Assembly: GCA_043747615.1 (NCBI GenBank)
Contig: JAYTOU010000030.1
Location: 1 to 37,270 of the forward strand
Length of the DNA: 37,270 nt
Source of the DNA: Myxococcales bacterium
GTDB lineage: Bacteria > Myxococcota_A > Polyangia > Polyangiales > Polyangiaceae
Direction: 5' to 3'
Every line of letters starts with the position of its first letter. The stretch's first letter is position 1. The notes under the pieces are model-generated. The model had not been told where the DNA came from. It made no database searches and was given only the letters and a program-made list of their open reading frames with translations. The position numbers and the translations under genes are program-made. This document shows positions 1 through 11,223 of the stretch, piece by piece.

Positions 1-76
1 GTTGGGACATCTTTGGGACACCAGGCGGTGAGCTGAGTCAAAAACTCACGAAACCGCTTCTTTTTCCGAGTAGAAA

Positions 77-151
77 TGGTGACCCCAACGGGAATTGAAC
101 CCGTGTTACCGACGTGAGAGGCCGGTGTCCTAACCGCTAGACGATGGGGCC
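77..151 (-). tRNA. tRNA-Glu (anticodon CTC)
   Basis: Reverse complement GGCCCCATCGTCTAGCGGTTAGGACACCGGC-CTCTCAC-GTCGGTAACACGGGTTCAATTCCCGTTGGGGTCACCA folds as a cloverleaf with encoded CCA. Confidence 0.97.
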
Positions 152-261
152 ATCCGCGCTCTCTCCGCCTCACGAGACAACACCACTCGGAGTGAACGCG
201 TGCAAACGAACTAGAATGAAAAGATACGAACTTCCGAAGCGCGTTCTGGTCGTACGCGCCA

Positions 262-335
262 TGGCTGGGGAACAAGGATTCGAACCTTGATAGCCAGTGC
301 CAGAAACTGGCGTCCTGCCATTAGACGATTCCCCA
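262..335 (-). tRNA. tRNA-Gln (anticodon CTG)
   Basis: Reverse complement TGGGGAATCGTCTAATGGCAGGACGCCAGT-TTCTGGC-ACTGG...GGTTCGAATCCTTGTTCCCCAGCCA; cloverleaf with CCA end. Confidence 0.97.
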
Positions 336-391
336 AAGAAACTTCGAAAACCACCTATGAAACAGCCCGTTTATGGGTAACGGGGAAGCGC

Positions 392-419
392 AGCCTAGCG
401 GTGCGGGAACATATGTCAA
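392..419 (-). promoter_or_regulatory. sigma-70 promoter of the tRNA-Gln/tRNA-Glu operon
   Basis: Minus strand TTGACA-N16-TAGGCT followed by a GCGC discriminator. Confidence 0.75.
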
Positions 420-439
420 GGGCCGTGCACCTTTCCCCC

Positions 440-467
440 TTGACGCGCCACGACACGAGCTTAGCTT
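440..467 (+). promoter_or_regulatory. sigma-70 promoter of groESL
   Basis: TTGACG-N16-TAGCTT immediately upstream of the CIRCE, back to back with the tRNA promoter. Confidence 0.6.
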
Positions 468-475
468 GCGCGCGG

Positions 476-502
476 TTGGCACTCCCAGAAGGCGAGTGCT
501 AA
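476..502 (+). promoter_or_regulatory. CIRCE element (HrcA operator)
   Basis: TTGGCACTC-N9-GAGTGCTAA, one mismatch to TTAGCACTC-N9-GAGTGCTAA, upstream of groES. Confidence 0.95.
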
Positions 503-561
503 AGCCGGCAACCCAGCACGTCCGCCCTACGGCCGCGCATGCACCTGAAGGAATCCCTCCC

Positions 562-852
562 ATGAAGATCCGCCCCCTCGGTGACCACCTCGTCGTCAAA
601 CGCACCAAGGAAGAAGAGAAGAGCCGAGGGGGAATCATCATCCCCGACGCCGCCAAGGAGAAGCCGCTCGAGGGCATCGTTCTCGCGGTCGGTAACGGTA
701 AAGAGCTGAAGAACGGGAAGCGCCACCCGATGGACGTCAAGGCAGGCGATCGCGTCCTCTTCACCAAGTACTCGGGCACTGAAATCAAGTTCGAAGGCGA
801 AGACCACCTCCTCATCACCGAAAGCGACGTGCTCGCTGTCTTCGACAAGTAG
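562..852 (+). CDS. groES: Co-chaperonin GroES
   Basis: [14 protein letters not shown]...[13 protein letters not shown]...[15 protein letters not shown]. True start is ATG 562 after an AAGGA SD, not 373. Confidence 0.98.
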   Translation: MKIRPLGDHLVVKRTKEEEKSRGGIIIPDAAKEKPLEGIVLAVGNGKELKNGKRHPMDVKAGDRVLFTKYSGTEIKFEGEDHLLITESDVLAVFDK

Positions 853-939
853 CCAACGCATCGACCGCGTCCCGCAGTCGCAAAATTTCTCGTCGACCAT
901 CGTGAGCCTGTGCCGCGTGATACGCGTCACGCGTCCTAA

Positions 940-2619
<1,680 letters not shown>

Positions 2620-2644
2620 CGCCCGTCATCGGGAGGAGCGCACC

Positions 2645-2680
2645 GACGAAGGACCTCAACGTGAGCTTGGGTCCTTCGTC
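2645..2680 (+). terminator. Hairpin downstream of groEL, putative intrinsic terminator
   Basis: Perfect 11-bp stem GACGAAGGACC/GGTCCTTCGTC, weak U tract. Confidence 0.6.
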
Positions 2681-2706
2681 CGCTTCTATCGCGACGGATC
2701 TGCTTT

Positions 2707-2736
2707 TTGACTTGCCGCAAAACGGCACGGTACACT
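2707..2736 (+). promoter_or_regulatory. sigma-70 promoter of the CRP-PDE pair
   Basis: TTGACT-N18-TACACT, ending 6 nt before an in-frame GTG at 2743. Confidence 0.6.
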
Positions 2737-2742
2737 TTTGCC

Positions 2743-3444
2743 GTGGCCATCGACTCCATGCCCCTCCGCATCGGCCAGGACTTTGCGGTCGGTGAGGTTC
2801 TCTTCCGCGAAGGAGAGACGGGTACGCAGATGTTCGTCATCCAGGTCGGACGCGTTCGGGTCACCAAACGGGTCGGCGACGACGAGCATCTGATCGCCAT
2901 GCTCGGGCGCGGCGAGTTCGTCGGCGAGATGGCCATTCTCAACAACAAGCCGCGCACGGCGACGGCGACTGTGGTCGAAGTAGCGACCTGCCTCGTGATC
3001 GACGCAAAGACCCTCGAGGCGATGATCTCCAAGAATAGCGAGATCGCGATCCGTCTCATCAAGAAGCTCGCCGGGCGCCTCGATGCAGCCGATGCCCTCG
3101 TGCAGATCCTCCTCCACCGCGATCCCAAGGCGCGGGTGATGCTGGGCTTGAAGCGCCACGCCGAGACGGACGGGGTGCAGACGGATGCGGGAATCGTCAT
3201 TCAGCTGACAGCCGAGGTTCTCGCCTCCGAGGTTGGCGCCGAGCCTGCTCACGTCACCGACGTTCTTTGTCGCCTCAAACGCCTGCGAATTCTTTCCGAA
3301 GAGCCCGAAGAGGGTACCATCGTCGTCGCCGACATTGGTGGGCTGCTCGAGTTCATGGAATTCTTGGAAATGCCACGCAAGTTCGAAAAGACTGCCGCGA
3401 CTCCGCGAACGCCCAAATCTCGCTCGAAACCCGAGGGTCCGTAG
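2743..3444 (+). CDS. CRP/FNR-family cyclic-nucleotide-binding regulator
   Basis: cNMP pocket LFREGE...GEFVGEMAIL...PRTATA plus C-terminal HTH-like LTAEVLASEVGAEPAHVTDVL. Start GTG 2743 or ATG 2758. Confidence 0.88.
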   Translation: MAIDSMPLRIGQDFAVGEVLFREGETGTQMFVIQVGRVRVTKRVGDDEHLIAMLGRGEFVGEMAILNNKPRTATATVVEVATCLVIDAKTLEAMISKNSEIAIRLIKKLAGRLDAADALVQILLHRDPKARVMLGLKRHAETDGVQTDAGIVIQLTAEVLASEVGAEPAHVTDVLCRLKRLRILSEEPEEGTIVVADIGGLLEFMEFLEMPRKFEKTAATPRTPKSRSKPEGP

Positions 3445-3450
3445 TCCTAA

Positions 3451-4218
3451 ATGGATCTTCGCGTCATCGGTTGTCACGGAGGGGAAACGCCCCGTCATCG
3501 GACGAGTGCGTTCGTTCTCGACGACCGCTTGGCGATCGATGCTGGATCGCTGACGAGCGGAATGGAGCTGAAGGCCCAAGTCGCGCTCGAAGCATGCCTC
3601 GTGAGTCACGCTCACCTCGATCACATTCGCGATCTCGCCACCATCGCCGACAACCGCGCGCAAAATTTCTGCAAGCCGCTGATCATCGCCGGCACGAAAG
3701 CAACCCTCGCGCTCTTGAAGAAGCACTTCTTCAACGGCCTGCTGTGGCCCGACTTCACAAAGATCCCCACGGCCGAGCATCCGACCATCCGGTACCTGAC
3801 GCTCACCCCCGAGGTGCCGGTCCAGATCTCCGGCTACAAGGTGCGCGCGATCACGGTCAGCCACACCATCGACTGCTCGGCGTTCATCATCGAGTCTTCC
3901 CAAGGCGCCATCGCCTACAGCGGAGACACCGGGCCGACCGAGCGCCTGTGGAATGTGCTCAACACGGTCGAGAATTTGAAGGCGCTTCTCATGGAAGTTA
4001 GCTTTCCGAACCGCGAGCAAAAGGTCGCAACGTTGAGCGGCCACCACACCCCGCAGACCCTCGGACCCGAGCTGAAGAAGTTCAAAAAATCCAAAGATCT
4101 AGCGACGTTGCTTTACCACATTAAACCTGTTTTCCAGGCCGAAGTGGAGCGGGAATGTGCCAAGTTGAAGGGCCTCAATCTGACGGTTCTCAACCTCAAA
4201 GATCACTTTATTTTGTAG
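3451..4218 (+). CDS. Class II 3',5'-cyclic nucleotide phosphodiesterase (MBL fold)
   Basis: DAG, SHAHLDH, FNGLLWPDF, YSGDTGP, EVSFPN and SGHHTP motifs. Confidence 0.88.
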   Translation: MDLRVIGCHGGETPRHRTSAFVLDDRLAIDAGSLTSGMELKAQVALEACLVSHAHLDHIRDLATIADNRAQNFCKPLIIAGTKATLALLKKHFFNGLLWPDFTKIPTAEHPTIRYLTLTPEVPVQISGYKVRAITVSHTIDCSAFIIESSQGAIAYSGDTGPTERLWNVLNTVENLKALLMEVSFPNREQKVATLSGHHTPQTLGPELKKFKKSKDLATLLYHIKPVFQAEVERECAKLKGLNLTVLNLKDHFIL

Positions 4219-4305
4219 CCACGGCCCGCGCCCCCTTTTGGAGGCGAATGTGGACGTCTGCTCTCGCTCCTCGCGGGGTGGCCGTGAGATGCTGATCGCT
4301 TCCGC

Positions 4306-6660
4306 GTGAGCACCACTTCGAACATCCAAAGCTCGTCCCCTAAGAGCGAAATCCCCGGTCTCGAAGACGACGAGATCGGGACGCGCGTCGTTCGTGAAGA
4401 GCTGAAGCTCCTGTCCACCGTGCAGAGCGCGCTCACTGCGGCCGCGGCGGCGAGCTTGAACGCGGTACGTTCGCGCGCCAACGACGATGCGCGGCTGCTC
4501 GAGCTGCGTGACGAAGTGGCCGTGGCCAAGCCAGATGATCTGCCGTCGCTGTTCGAGCAAATGCATCAGGTGGGCTCGCTCTTGGCGCAGCGAGGGAAGG
4601 GGGCGCTCGGCGCGATCGATCTCCGCAGCCCCTACTTCGGGCACCTCCGTCTCGACGAGAGTGGAAAGCGTCGCGACGTCCTCGTCGGCTCGCGCTCGTA
4701 CGTGGATTCGAACGCGGGGGTGCGCATCGTCGACTGGCGGCACGCGCCAGTGAGCCGGATTTTCTATCGGTACGGGCAGGGGGACGACTACGAGGAGCAG
4801 CTCGGGGGGCGAACCGTCGAAGGCGTAGTCACCGCGCGCCGAAGCGTCGCCATCGTCGATGGAGCCCTCGTGCGGGTGGCATCACCGGAAGGAACGTTCA
4901 TTCGCGGGACCGACGGCGTGTGGAAGCGGATCGAGGCCTTCTCGTCGCGACTGGTCGGCGAGCGAAAGTGGAGCGCAGCAAAAGGCGAAGCGCCGCGCCT
5001 CGGCATCTCGGCAGACGGCACGATGCGCCAAGACAAGCACCTTCCGGCGATCGCCTCCATGCTCGACAAGACGCAATTCGATCTCATCGCCAAGCCCGGT
5101 GCCGGGCTGGTGATCCTGCAGGGGAGCGCCGGAAGCGGAAAGACCACGGTCGGTCTCCACCGCGTAGCCTACCTGGCGTTCGCCGATCCCCAGCGTTTCA
5201 GGGCAGATCGGCTGCTGGTGGTCGTGCCGCATGAAGCGCTTCTTCACTACGTGGGCCACGTGCTCCCGTCGCTCGGGGTCGACGGCGCAGCGATCTCCAC
5301 GTTCCCGCGCATCGCCGCGCGCCTCATGCCGCTCAACTTTCCAAAGCTCCCGACGCACCTGAACGAGGAGACGCCGCCCGTCGTCACCCGCATCAAGAGC
5401 CACCCGGCGATTCTCACCGCCGTGCACGACGCGGCCAAGCGTCTCCACGATACGACCGACGCCAAGGTGGTGAAGGCCATGGAAAAGTGGCCCGATGGGA
5501 GCGTGGTCGTCACGGCATGGAAGTCCCTGACGGGCACTCCCGATCAACGTGTATCGGCCTTCGGTAAGTGGCTAAAGAACAACGCGAGCTTGCCTGACGT
5601 CACCAGGAGCGCCGTCGAGAAGCTCGGCCACGATCTCCGTCACGATACGCGTGCGGTTCTCGGCTTGTGGGACGAGCTCCTGACGTCGCGGGAAGCGCTC
5701 GGCGAGGCCTTCGCGAAGGAGCCCAAGGTCACGCCGGCGCAGCTCGATCGCGTTCACGAGTGGTGCCTTCGTCAGGCGCGCATTCGTCAAGACGGCGAGC
5801 GAGACGGGGATACGCCGTCCATCGACAGCGAGGACATTCCGATCATCCTTCGCCTCTGGCAGGTGATCCGCGGTCCCTTGGTCGCGCCCGACGGAACCCC
5901 GATTCGCTTCTCTCACGTCTTCATCGACGAGGTGCAGGACGCGAGCAGCATCGAGCTGCGCGTGCTCCTCGATCTCGCGGCCGACGGCGGATCCGGCGCA
6001 AAGCTAGGGTCGCGGTCGATCACCCTCGCCGGCGACATCGCGCAGCGCATGCTCGACGAGGGCGACGATCGCGGCGAGTTCGACTGGCACAAGCTGCTCC
6101 GCGATCTCGAGCTCGACAGCGCGACCACCGTCGAACCGCTCAAGGTCAGCTACCGATCGACGGCCGAGATCACCCGGTTTGCGCGAGGCGTGCTCGGTCC
6201 GTACGCGCACGAGGCGGAGCCCGTGGCGACGCGTCATGGTCCGCCGGTCGAGCTCTTCTCGTTCGCGTCTCCGGGCGAAGGTGTCGCGTTCGTGGCCGAT
6301 GCTTTGAAGCAGCTTGCGCTCGACGAGCCGCACGCGAACGTCGCCCTCGTGGCGCGTTTCCCCCAGCAAGCAGACGTGTATTTCGAAGGTCTGGCGCGCG
6401 CCGAAGTCCCGCGGGTGCGCCGCGTGGCAAGGCAGGATTTCACGTGGGAGCCAGGGTTCGACGTGACCGACGTGCGTCAGACCAAAGGCCTGGAGTTCGA
6501 CGAGGTCGTCCTCCTCGAGACCACCGCCTCGAGCTATCCCGACACCGCCGCGGCCCGCCACGCGATGTACGTCGGCGCCACGCGCGCCGCCCACCAGCTT
6601 TGGTGCATCACGAGCGAAAAGCCGTCAGCGATCGTCACCGCCGCACTCACGCCGGGTTGA
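4306..6660 (+). CDS. helD: HelD-like RNA polymerase recycling ATPase (UvrD/SF1 family)
   Basis: N-terminal SPYFGHL and IVDWRHAPVSRIFY, Walker A QGSAGSGKTTVGLHRVAYL, DEVQD, SYRST, KGLEFD, YVGATRA. Confidence 0.8.
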   Translation: MSTTSNIQSSSPKSEIPGLEDDEIGTRVVREELKLLSTVQSALTAAAAASLNAVRSRANDDARLLELRDEVAVAKPDDLPSLFEQMHQVGSLLAQRGKGALGAIDLRSPYFGHLRLDESGKRRDVLVGSRSYVDSNAGVRIVDWRHAPVSRIFYRYGQGDDYEEQLGGRTVEGVVTARRSVAIVDGALVRVASPEGTFIRGTDGVWKRIEAFSSRLVGERKWSAAKGEAPRLGISADGTMRQDKHLPAIASMLDKTQFDLIAKPGAGLVILQGSAGSGKTTVGLHRVAYLAFADPQRFRADRLLVVVPHEALLHYVGHVLPSLGVDGAAISTFPRIAARLMPLNFPKLPTHLNEETPPVVTRIKSHPAILTAVHDAAKRLHDTTDAKVVKAMEKWPDGSVVVTAWKSLTGTPDQRVSAFGKWLKNNASLPDVTRSAVEKLGHDLRHDTRAVLGLWDELLTSREALGEAFAKEPKVTPAQLDRVHEWCLRQARIRQDGERDGDTPSIDSEDIPIILRLWQVIRGPLVAPDGTPIRFSHVFIDEVQDASSIELRVLLDLAADGGSGAKLGSRSITLAGDIAQRMLDEGDDRGEFDWHKLLRDLELDSATTVEPLKVSYRSTAEITRFARGVLGPYAHEAEPVATRHGPPVELFSFASPGEGVAFVADALKQLALDEPHANVALVARFPQQADVYFEGLARAEVPRVRRVARQDFTWEPGFDVTDVRQTKGLEFDEVVLLETTASSYPDTAAARHAMYVGATRAAHQLWCITSEKPSAIVTAALTPG

Positions 6661-6686
6661 CGCAGGCGTAGAGCTGCGAAGACGGG

Positions 6687-7259
6687 CTAGAGCTTCGATC
6701 CCATCGCCGTTGCGGTCCAGGAAGTTCCGTCCTTGAACAGACCGGTGATGCTCACGGTGATCGGCCCCGCGTACATGAGCGCGGGCGTGGTGTCGTCCGG
6801 GAAAACGAACGTGTCGTAGAGCGTCGGGTAGTTGGGACCGGCGCACTGGGCGTCGAGCGTCGGGCGACCGCTGACGCCCGGCTCGGTCACCAGCTTCAAG
6901 AGCGAGCTCGTGTGCGCTTTGGGAAACCACTCGTCCGCCGAGCAAAACATCCCGGCCTTGAACGTCGCCGTGGCCCGGTAGGAGCCGGCTTGGAGCTCGA
7001 GCGTGCTCGTGGCCTGGACGTCTTGATCCGTGTCGTTCGCCATGAGCAGCGTGATGTGATCGAACACCGCCTGGTAGGTCATGTTCGCGCCGTCGCCCGC
7101 AACGTACGTGACGTTCTTGATCGTCACCGTGCCGGGCGCCGCCGAGTCGACGCTGCCTCCGGCATCTGGATGCGGCTCATCGAAGCCCGTTGGGCGGCCC
7201 TTGGCCGAGCAGCTCGCGAGCGCCAAAAAGAGAAATCCTCCAACCAAGCTTCCGCGCAT
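6687..7259 (-). CDS. Hypothetical lipoprotein
   Basis: Signal peptide with lipobox LASC; coding-like composition. Confidence 0.7.
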   Translation of the reverse strand: MRGSLVGGFLFLALASCSAKGRPTGFDEPHPDAGGSVDSAAPGTVTIKNVTYVAGDGANMTYQAVFDHITLLMANDTDQDVQATSTLELQAGSYRATATFKAGMFCSADEWFPKAHTSSLLKLVTEPGVSGRPTLDAQCAGPNYPTLYDTFVFPDDTTPALMYAGPITVSITGLFKDGTSWTATAMGSKL

Positions 7260-7296
7260 GCGGCAGTCCGTACCACGAATCCCACACTTGGCGTTT

Positions 7297-7324
7297 AGTT
7301 TACATAATGTATCTTATGCGAAGT
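7297..7324 (-). other. dif: dif site (XerC/XerD chromosome dimer resolution site)
   Basis: Minus strand ACTTCGCATAA-GATACA-TTATGTAAACT, an 11-6-11 layout with an XerC-like arm (CGCATAA) and an XerD-like arm (TTATGTAAACT). AT-rich and intergenic. Confidence 0.9.
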
Positions 7325-7462
7325 TGTTAGGGGGGGAAACCGGGGAGATACCAGGGGCGACCTTGGTCGGTTACGGTGGCAGCGGTCATGGCTCACCCCG
7401 CGCCCGCGGTTCATGCGGCCCACGGGTCGCCCGCCGCCGCTCCGAGCGCCAAGAAAAAATGA

Positions 7463-9040
7463 TCAGGCGATCCGCGTGGCCTGCACGTAGGCGGCAATCT
7501 GCGCGGCGGCCTCCTCGGCGGTCACCGTCGTCGTGTCGATCCGCAGCTCATTCTTCGGGGTTTCGGAGGGCGCAGCTTCGCCTTTGCCAAGCGCCACGAG
7601 GACGATGAGCCCAGCGTCGACCATGAGCTGCGAGGCGTTTGCGACGCGGCGAACGTACGGACCGGCGTCCGAGAGCCCCGTGAGCCAGACCACGCAGGCC
7701 TCGTGAGGCTTCGGCACGGCGCGGTCTGCGGGACGAAGCGCGAGCTCGATGAGCCCTGCCCCCACGGTGTCGTTCGTGATCTTGTCGATCAGGATGAACC
7801 CGCCGGTCTCCCTGTTTTCTACGTACGGATCGAAGGCGATGGGCCGGTCGGTGCCGAGAGTGCACACCCCGATCTCGTTCAGCTCGAGCTGGGTCGCCGC
7901 GAGATGCTCGAGGGTGTTCACGTTCACTTTGTGCGTGAGCGCCGTGACCCGGGCGGTGACCGTGCGCGCGCCGATCTTCATCACGTAGGGTCGACCGGGG
8001 AGCATCGGCTCTTCGTGCATCCAGATCAGGGTTGCCTGGAGTGTGTCGGCGACCGCAGGCGGAGACTCCATCCCTGCCACGAGATCGCCGCGGCTGATGT
8101 CGATCTCGTGCTCGAGCGTGAGCGTGACGGACTGCCCGGCGATCGCCTCGTCGAGGTCTCCCTCCTCGGTCACGATCCGTGTGACGCGGCTCTCTTTGGC
8201 TGACGGCAGCACCTTCACGCGGTCACCAGGGCGCACCACACCACGGGCGATCATCCCCGCAAAACCGCGAAAATCCTGGTTCGGACGGCTCACCCACTGA
8301 ACCGCCATCCGGAACGGCGCCTCGTGCTGATCCTTCTCGATGACGACGCTCTCCAGGTGGCGCATCAGCGTGGGACCCGCGTACCAGGGTGTGTTCTCGC
8401 TCGGCCCGGTAATGTTGTCGCCCTTCAGCGCCGACAGCGGAATCGACACGACGTCGCGCATGCCGATCTGACGCGCGAACCCCGTGTAGTCTGCAACTAT
8501 GCCGTCGAAGGCAGCTTTGTCGAAGCCCACGGCGTCCATCTTGTTGACGGCCAGGACGACCTTGGTGATGCCGAGGAGCGAGACGATGTAGCTGTGGCGC
8601 CGGGTCTGGGTCAGCACGCCTTTTCGGGCGTCGACCAGGATGATCGCCACGTCTGCCGTGGAGGCCCCGGTGGCCATGTTGCGGGTGTACTGCTCGTGCC
8701 CGGGGGTGTCCGCGACGATGAATTTACGTTTGTCGGTGGAGAAAAAAAGATACGCGACATCGATGGTGATGCCCTGCTCGCGTTCCGCTGCCAGCCCATC
8801 GACGAGGAGCGCGAGATCGAGCTCCCCGCCCTGCGTTCCGAAGGCTTTCGAGTCGGCCGTCAGCGCCGCGAGCTGATCCTCGAGGATGACCTTCGACTCG
8901 TAGAGGAGGCGCCCAATGAGGGTGCTCTTGCCGTCGTCGACGCTCCCGCAGGTGATGAACCGGAGGAGGGTCTTGTGCTCGTGCGTATCGAGGTAGCCCT
9001 CGATGTCCGCGGCGATGAGCGCTGACGTGTCCGCTCTCAA
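7463..9040 (-). CDS. cysN: Sulfate adenylyltransferase subunit 1 with a vestigial APS kinase tail
   Basis: [47 protein letters not shown] start overlaps the cysD stop. Confidence 0.95.
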   Translation of the reverse strand: MRADTSALIAADIEGYLDTHEHKTLLRFITCGSVDDGKSTLIGRLLYESKVILEDQLAALTADSKAFGTQGGELDLALLVDGLAAEREQGITIDVAYLFFSTDKRKFIVADTPGHEQYTRNMATGASTADVAIILVDARKGVLTQTRRHSYIVSLLGITKVVLAVNKMDAVGFDKAAFDGIVADYTGFARQIGMRDVVSIPLSALKGDNITGPSENTPWYAGPTLMRHLESVVIEKDQHEAPFRMAVQWVSRPNQDFRGFAGMIARGVVRPGDRVKVLPSAKESRVTRIVTEEGDLDEAIAGQSVTLTLEHEIDISRGDLVAGMESPPAVADTLQATLIWMHEEPMLPGRPYVMKIGARTVTARVTALTHKVNVNTLEHLAATQLELNEIGVCTLGTDRPIAFDPYVENRETGGFILIDKITNDTVGAGLIELALRPADRAVPKPHEACVVWLTGLSDAGPYVRRVANASQLMVDAGLIVLVALGKGEAAPSETPKNELRIDTTTVTAEEAAAQIAAYVQATRIA

Positions 9041-9936
9041 AAGTAGCCCTCTTGCTTCTTGTCTTCCATCGTCGCCGCGGCGTCGTGATCGATGACCCTG
9101 CCCTGCCGCTCGGAGGTCGTCGCCAGGAGCATTTCCTGGATGATCGCCGGAAGCGTCGCCGCCTCGCTCTCCACCGCGCCCGTGAGCGGATAGCAGCCGA
9201 GCGTGCGAAAGCGGACCTTCTTCAGCATCGGGGTCTCGCCCGGCAAGAGCGGCATGCGCGCGTCGTCCACCATGATGAGCGTCCCGTCCCGCATCACCAC
9301 CGGGCGCTCCTCCGCGAAGTAGAGGGGCACGATCGGGATCTTACGCAAGTAGATGTATTGCCAGATATCGAGCTCGGTCCAGTTCGACAACGGGAAGACG
9401 CGAAAGCTCTCCCCCTTGTGTTTTCGGGCGTTGAAGAGGCGCCAGAGCTCAGGGCGTTGAGCCTTCGGATCCCACCGATGCTGGGCGGAGCGGAAGGAAA
9501 AGATTCGCTCCTTGGCGCGCGATTTTTCCTCGTCGCGCCGCGCGCCGCCGAACGCTGCGTCGAAGCCGTACTTCTCGAGCGCCTGCCGGAGAGCTTGGGT
9601 CTTCATGACGTCGGTGTGAACCGCGGAGCCGTGCGTGAAGGGACCGATTCCGCGGGCGAGCCCATCGGGATTGGTGTGCACGAGGAGCTTGAGACCGAGG
9701 GTCTCCGTCATCTTGTCGCGGAACGAGATCATCTCCCGGAACTTCCACGTCGTGTCGATGTGGAGGAGCGGGAATGTCGGCTTGGCCGGAAAAAAAGCCT
9801 TCATCGCGAGGTGCAGCATCACCGCGCTGTCCTTGCCTATCGAGTAGAGCATCACCGGGTTTTCGCACTCGGCGACGACCTCCCGCATGATGTGGATGCT
9901 CTCGGCTTCCAGCCGGTCGAGGTGGGTGAGTGACAC
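9037..9936 (-). CDS. cysD: Sulfate adenylyltransferase subunit 2
   Basis: [42 protein letters not shown]. Confidence 0.98.
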   Translation of the reverse strand: MSLTHLDRLEAESIHIMREVVAECENPVMLYSIGKDSAVMLHLAMKAFFPAKPTFPLLHIDTTWKFREMISFRDKMTETLGLKLLVHTNPDGLARGIGPFTHGSAVHTDVMKTQALRQALEKYGFDAAFGGARRDEEKSRAKERIFSFRSAQHRWDPKAQRPELWRLFNARKHKGESFRVFPLSNWTELDIWQYIYLRKIPIVPLYFAEERPVVMRDGTLIMVDDARMPLLPGETPMLKKVRFRTLGCYPLTGAVESEAATLPAIIQEMLLATTSERQGRVIDHDAAATMEDKKQEGYF

Positions 9937-9942
9937 CGCTGC

Positions 9943-11223
9943 TCACCGGGGGGGTTGGACGTGGATTCCGAGAAACGTCCCTGCGTTGCTGAGGATGAAG
10001 CCATGCGTGCCGTAGGCAGCCGGCGTCTGCGCGAAGCCGCTGCCGATCTCGATCCCGTCGATGACCCGGCCGTTGATCGGCGACATCAGAAAAAGACCGT
10101 AGCGGGTGGTGCCCACCATCACGGCGCCCGCGATGGGGACCGGGGCGGTGATGCCCCCTTCCGGAACCGGATTTCGCCAGAGCATGCGCCCGGTAGTCAC
10201 GTCGAGGCCCCACAGACCGCTCGTGGAGCTCGACGCCAGGAGGACCTTGCGGCCCGGAACCATGGGGCCACCTTTGTCCGGACCATGCGGATTGGGCGCA
10301 TGTGCAGGCTCGGAAAAGAGGGTGAGGTCGGTGACGCCGACCGCCTTTTCGTTGACCCAAACGCGCGCGCCAGTCTCTGCATCGAGCGAGTACACGCCGC
10401 CGGCGTAGCTCGCGACGTAGACCACTTTACCGTTCGGCGCTTCGTCGATAATCGGCGTCGTGTCCACGTCGAGGTACCGCTGCGCTTCCCCGCCTGCGCT
10501 CTGCTCGGCTTCGGCAGACAGATCGACCGGTGACCATTTTTCCGATCCGTCGCGCGCATCGTAGGCCGCGACGTGGCCGTCGGAGTACGCGAAGTAGACC
10601 TTGCCGTTCGAGTAGGCGGGGCCAGCGTAGCCCGCGACTTCCATTCCGAGCGCCGACGTTCGGTGAGCCTGCCATTTGAGCTGCCCGGTGCGGCGGTCGA
10701 CCGCGAAGAGCTGATCGGCTCCGTTGGCGGCGTAGAGCATTTCGCCGTCGCGCACCGGCTTCTTCGTCACTTCCGCGCCGCTTGTGAAGCGCCACATCAG
10801 CGCGCCGTCGGAGGCGTGCACCGCGTAGAGCGCGCCGTCGTGCGAACCGAAATAGACGGCGTCCATCTCCGCGTCGTAGTAGGGCTCCGACTGCACGTAC
10901 GAGAGGGTCTCGAAGCGCCAGATGGTGGTGCCGTCCCCTGCCCGCAGCGCGTAGAGGCCGTGGTCGGAGGAGCCGCAGAAGACGCGCCCATGAGCGGGAT
11001 CGATCTCCGCGCGCCCGCGTTCGTAGTCTTCGCCGACCTGGCGGGCGACTGCCGTGAGGGGCCGGCGGGTCATCACGGTCATCGCGCCGCTCGGCCGATG
11101 GAACCAGAGAGGCACCTCGGCGTTCACGTGATCGTTCACCGTCTCCGTCGTGGCGCAGGCGCCGAGAGCGCATGTCACCAGCGCCCCCACCACCAGGGTG
11201 GACGCGACGCGGCGCGGTTTCAC
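9943..11223 (-). CDS. bamB: BamB-like PQQ-repeat beta-propeller lipoprotein
   Basis: Lipobox LGAC, repeated LYA..A.DG...W blades, directly downstream of a YfgM-like gene (known yfgM-bamB synteny). Confidence 0.7.
   Translation of the reverse strand: MKPRRVASTLVVGALVTCALGACATTETVNDHVNAEVPLWFHRPSGAMTVMTRRPLTAVARQVGEDYERGRAEIDPAHGRVFCGSSDHGLYALRAGDGTTIWRFETLSYVQSEPYYDAEMDAVYFGSHDGALYAVHASDGALMWRFTSGAEVTKKPVRDGEMLYAANGADQLFAVDRRTGQLKWQAHRTSALGMEVAGYAGPAYSNGKVYFAYSDGHVAAYDARDGSEKWSPVDLSAEAEQSAGGEAQRYLDVDTTPIIDEAPNGKVVYVASYAGGVYSLDAETGARVWVNEKAVGVTDLTLFSEPAHAPNPHGPDKGGPMVPGRKVLLASSSTSGLWGLDVTTGRMLWRNPVPEGGITAPVPIAGAVMVGTTRYGLFLMSPINGRVIDGIEIGSGFAQTPAAYGTHGFILSNAGTFLGIHVQPPR

Noticed and set aside
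373..561. N-terminal extension of GroES
   Set aside because: Runs through the promoters and the CIRCE; GroES similarity starts at ATG 562.
4219..4305. Rifamycin-associated element upstream of helD
   Set aside because: No matching RAE-type inverted repeat is visible, so there is no support for a helR-like resistance role.
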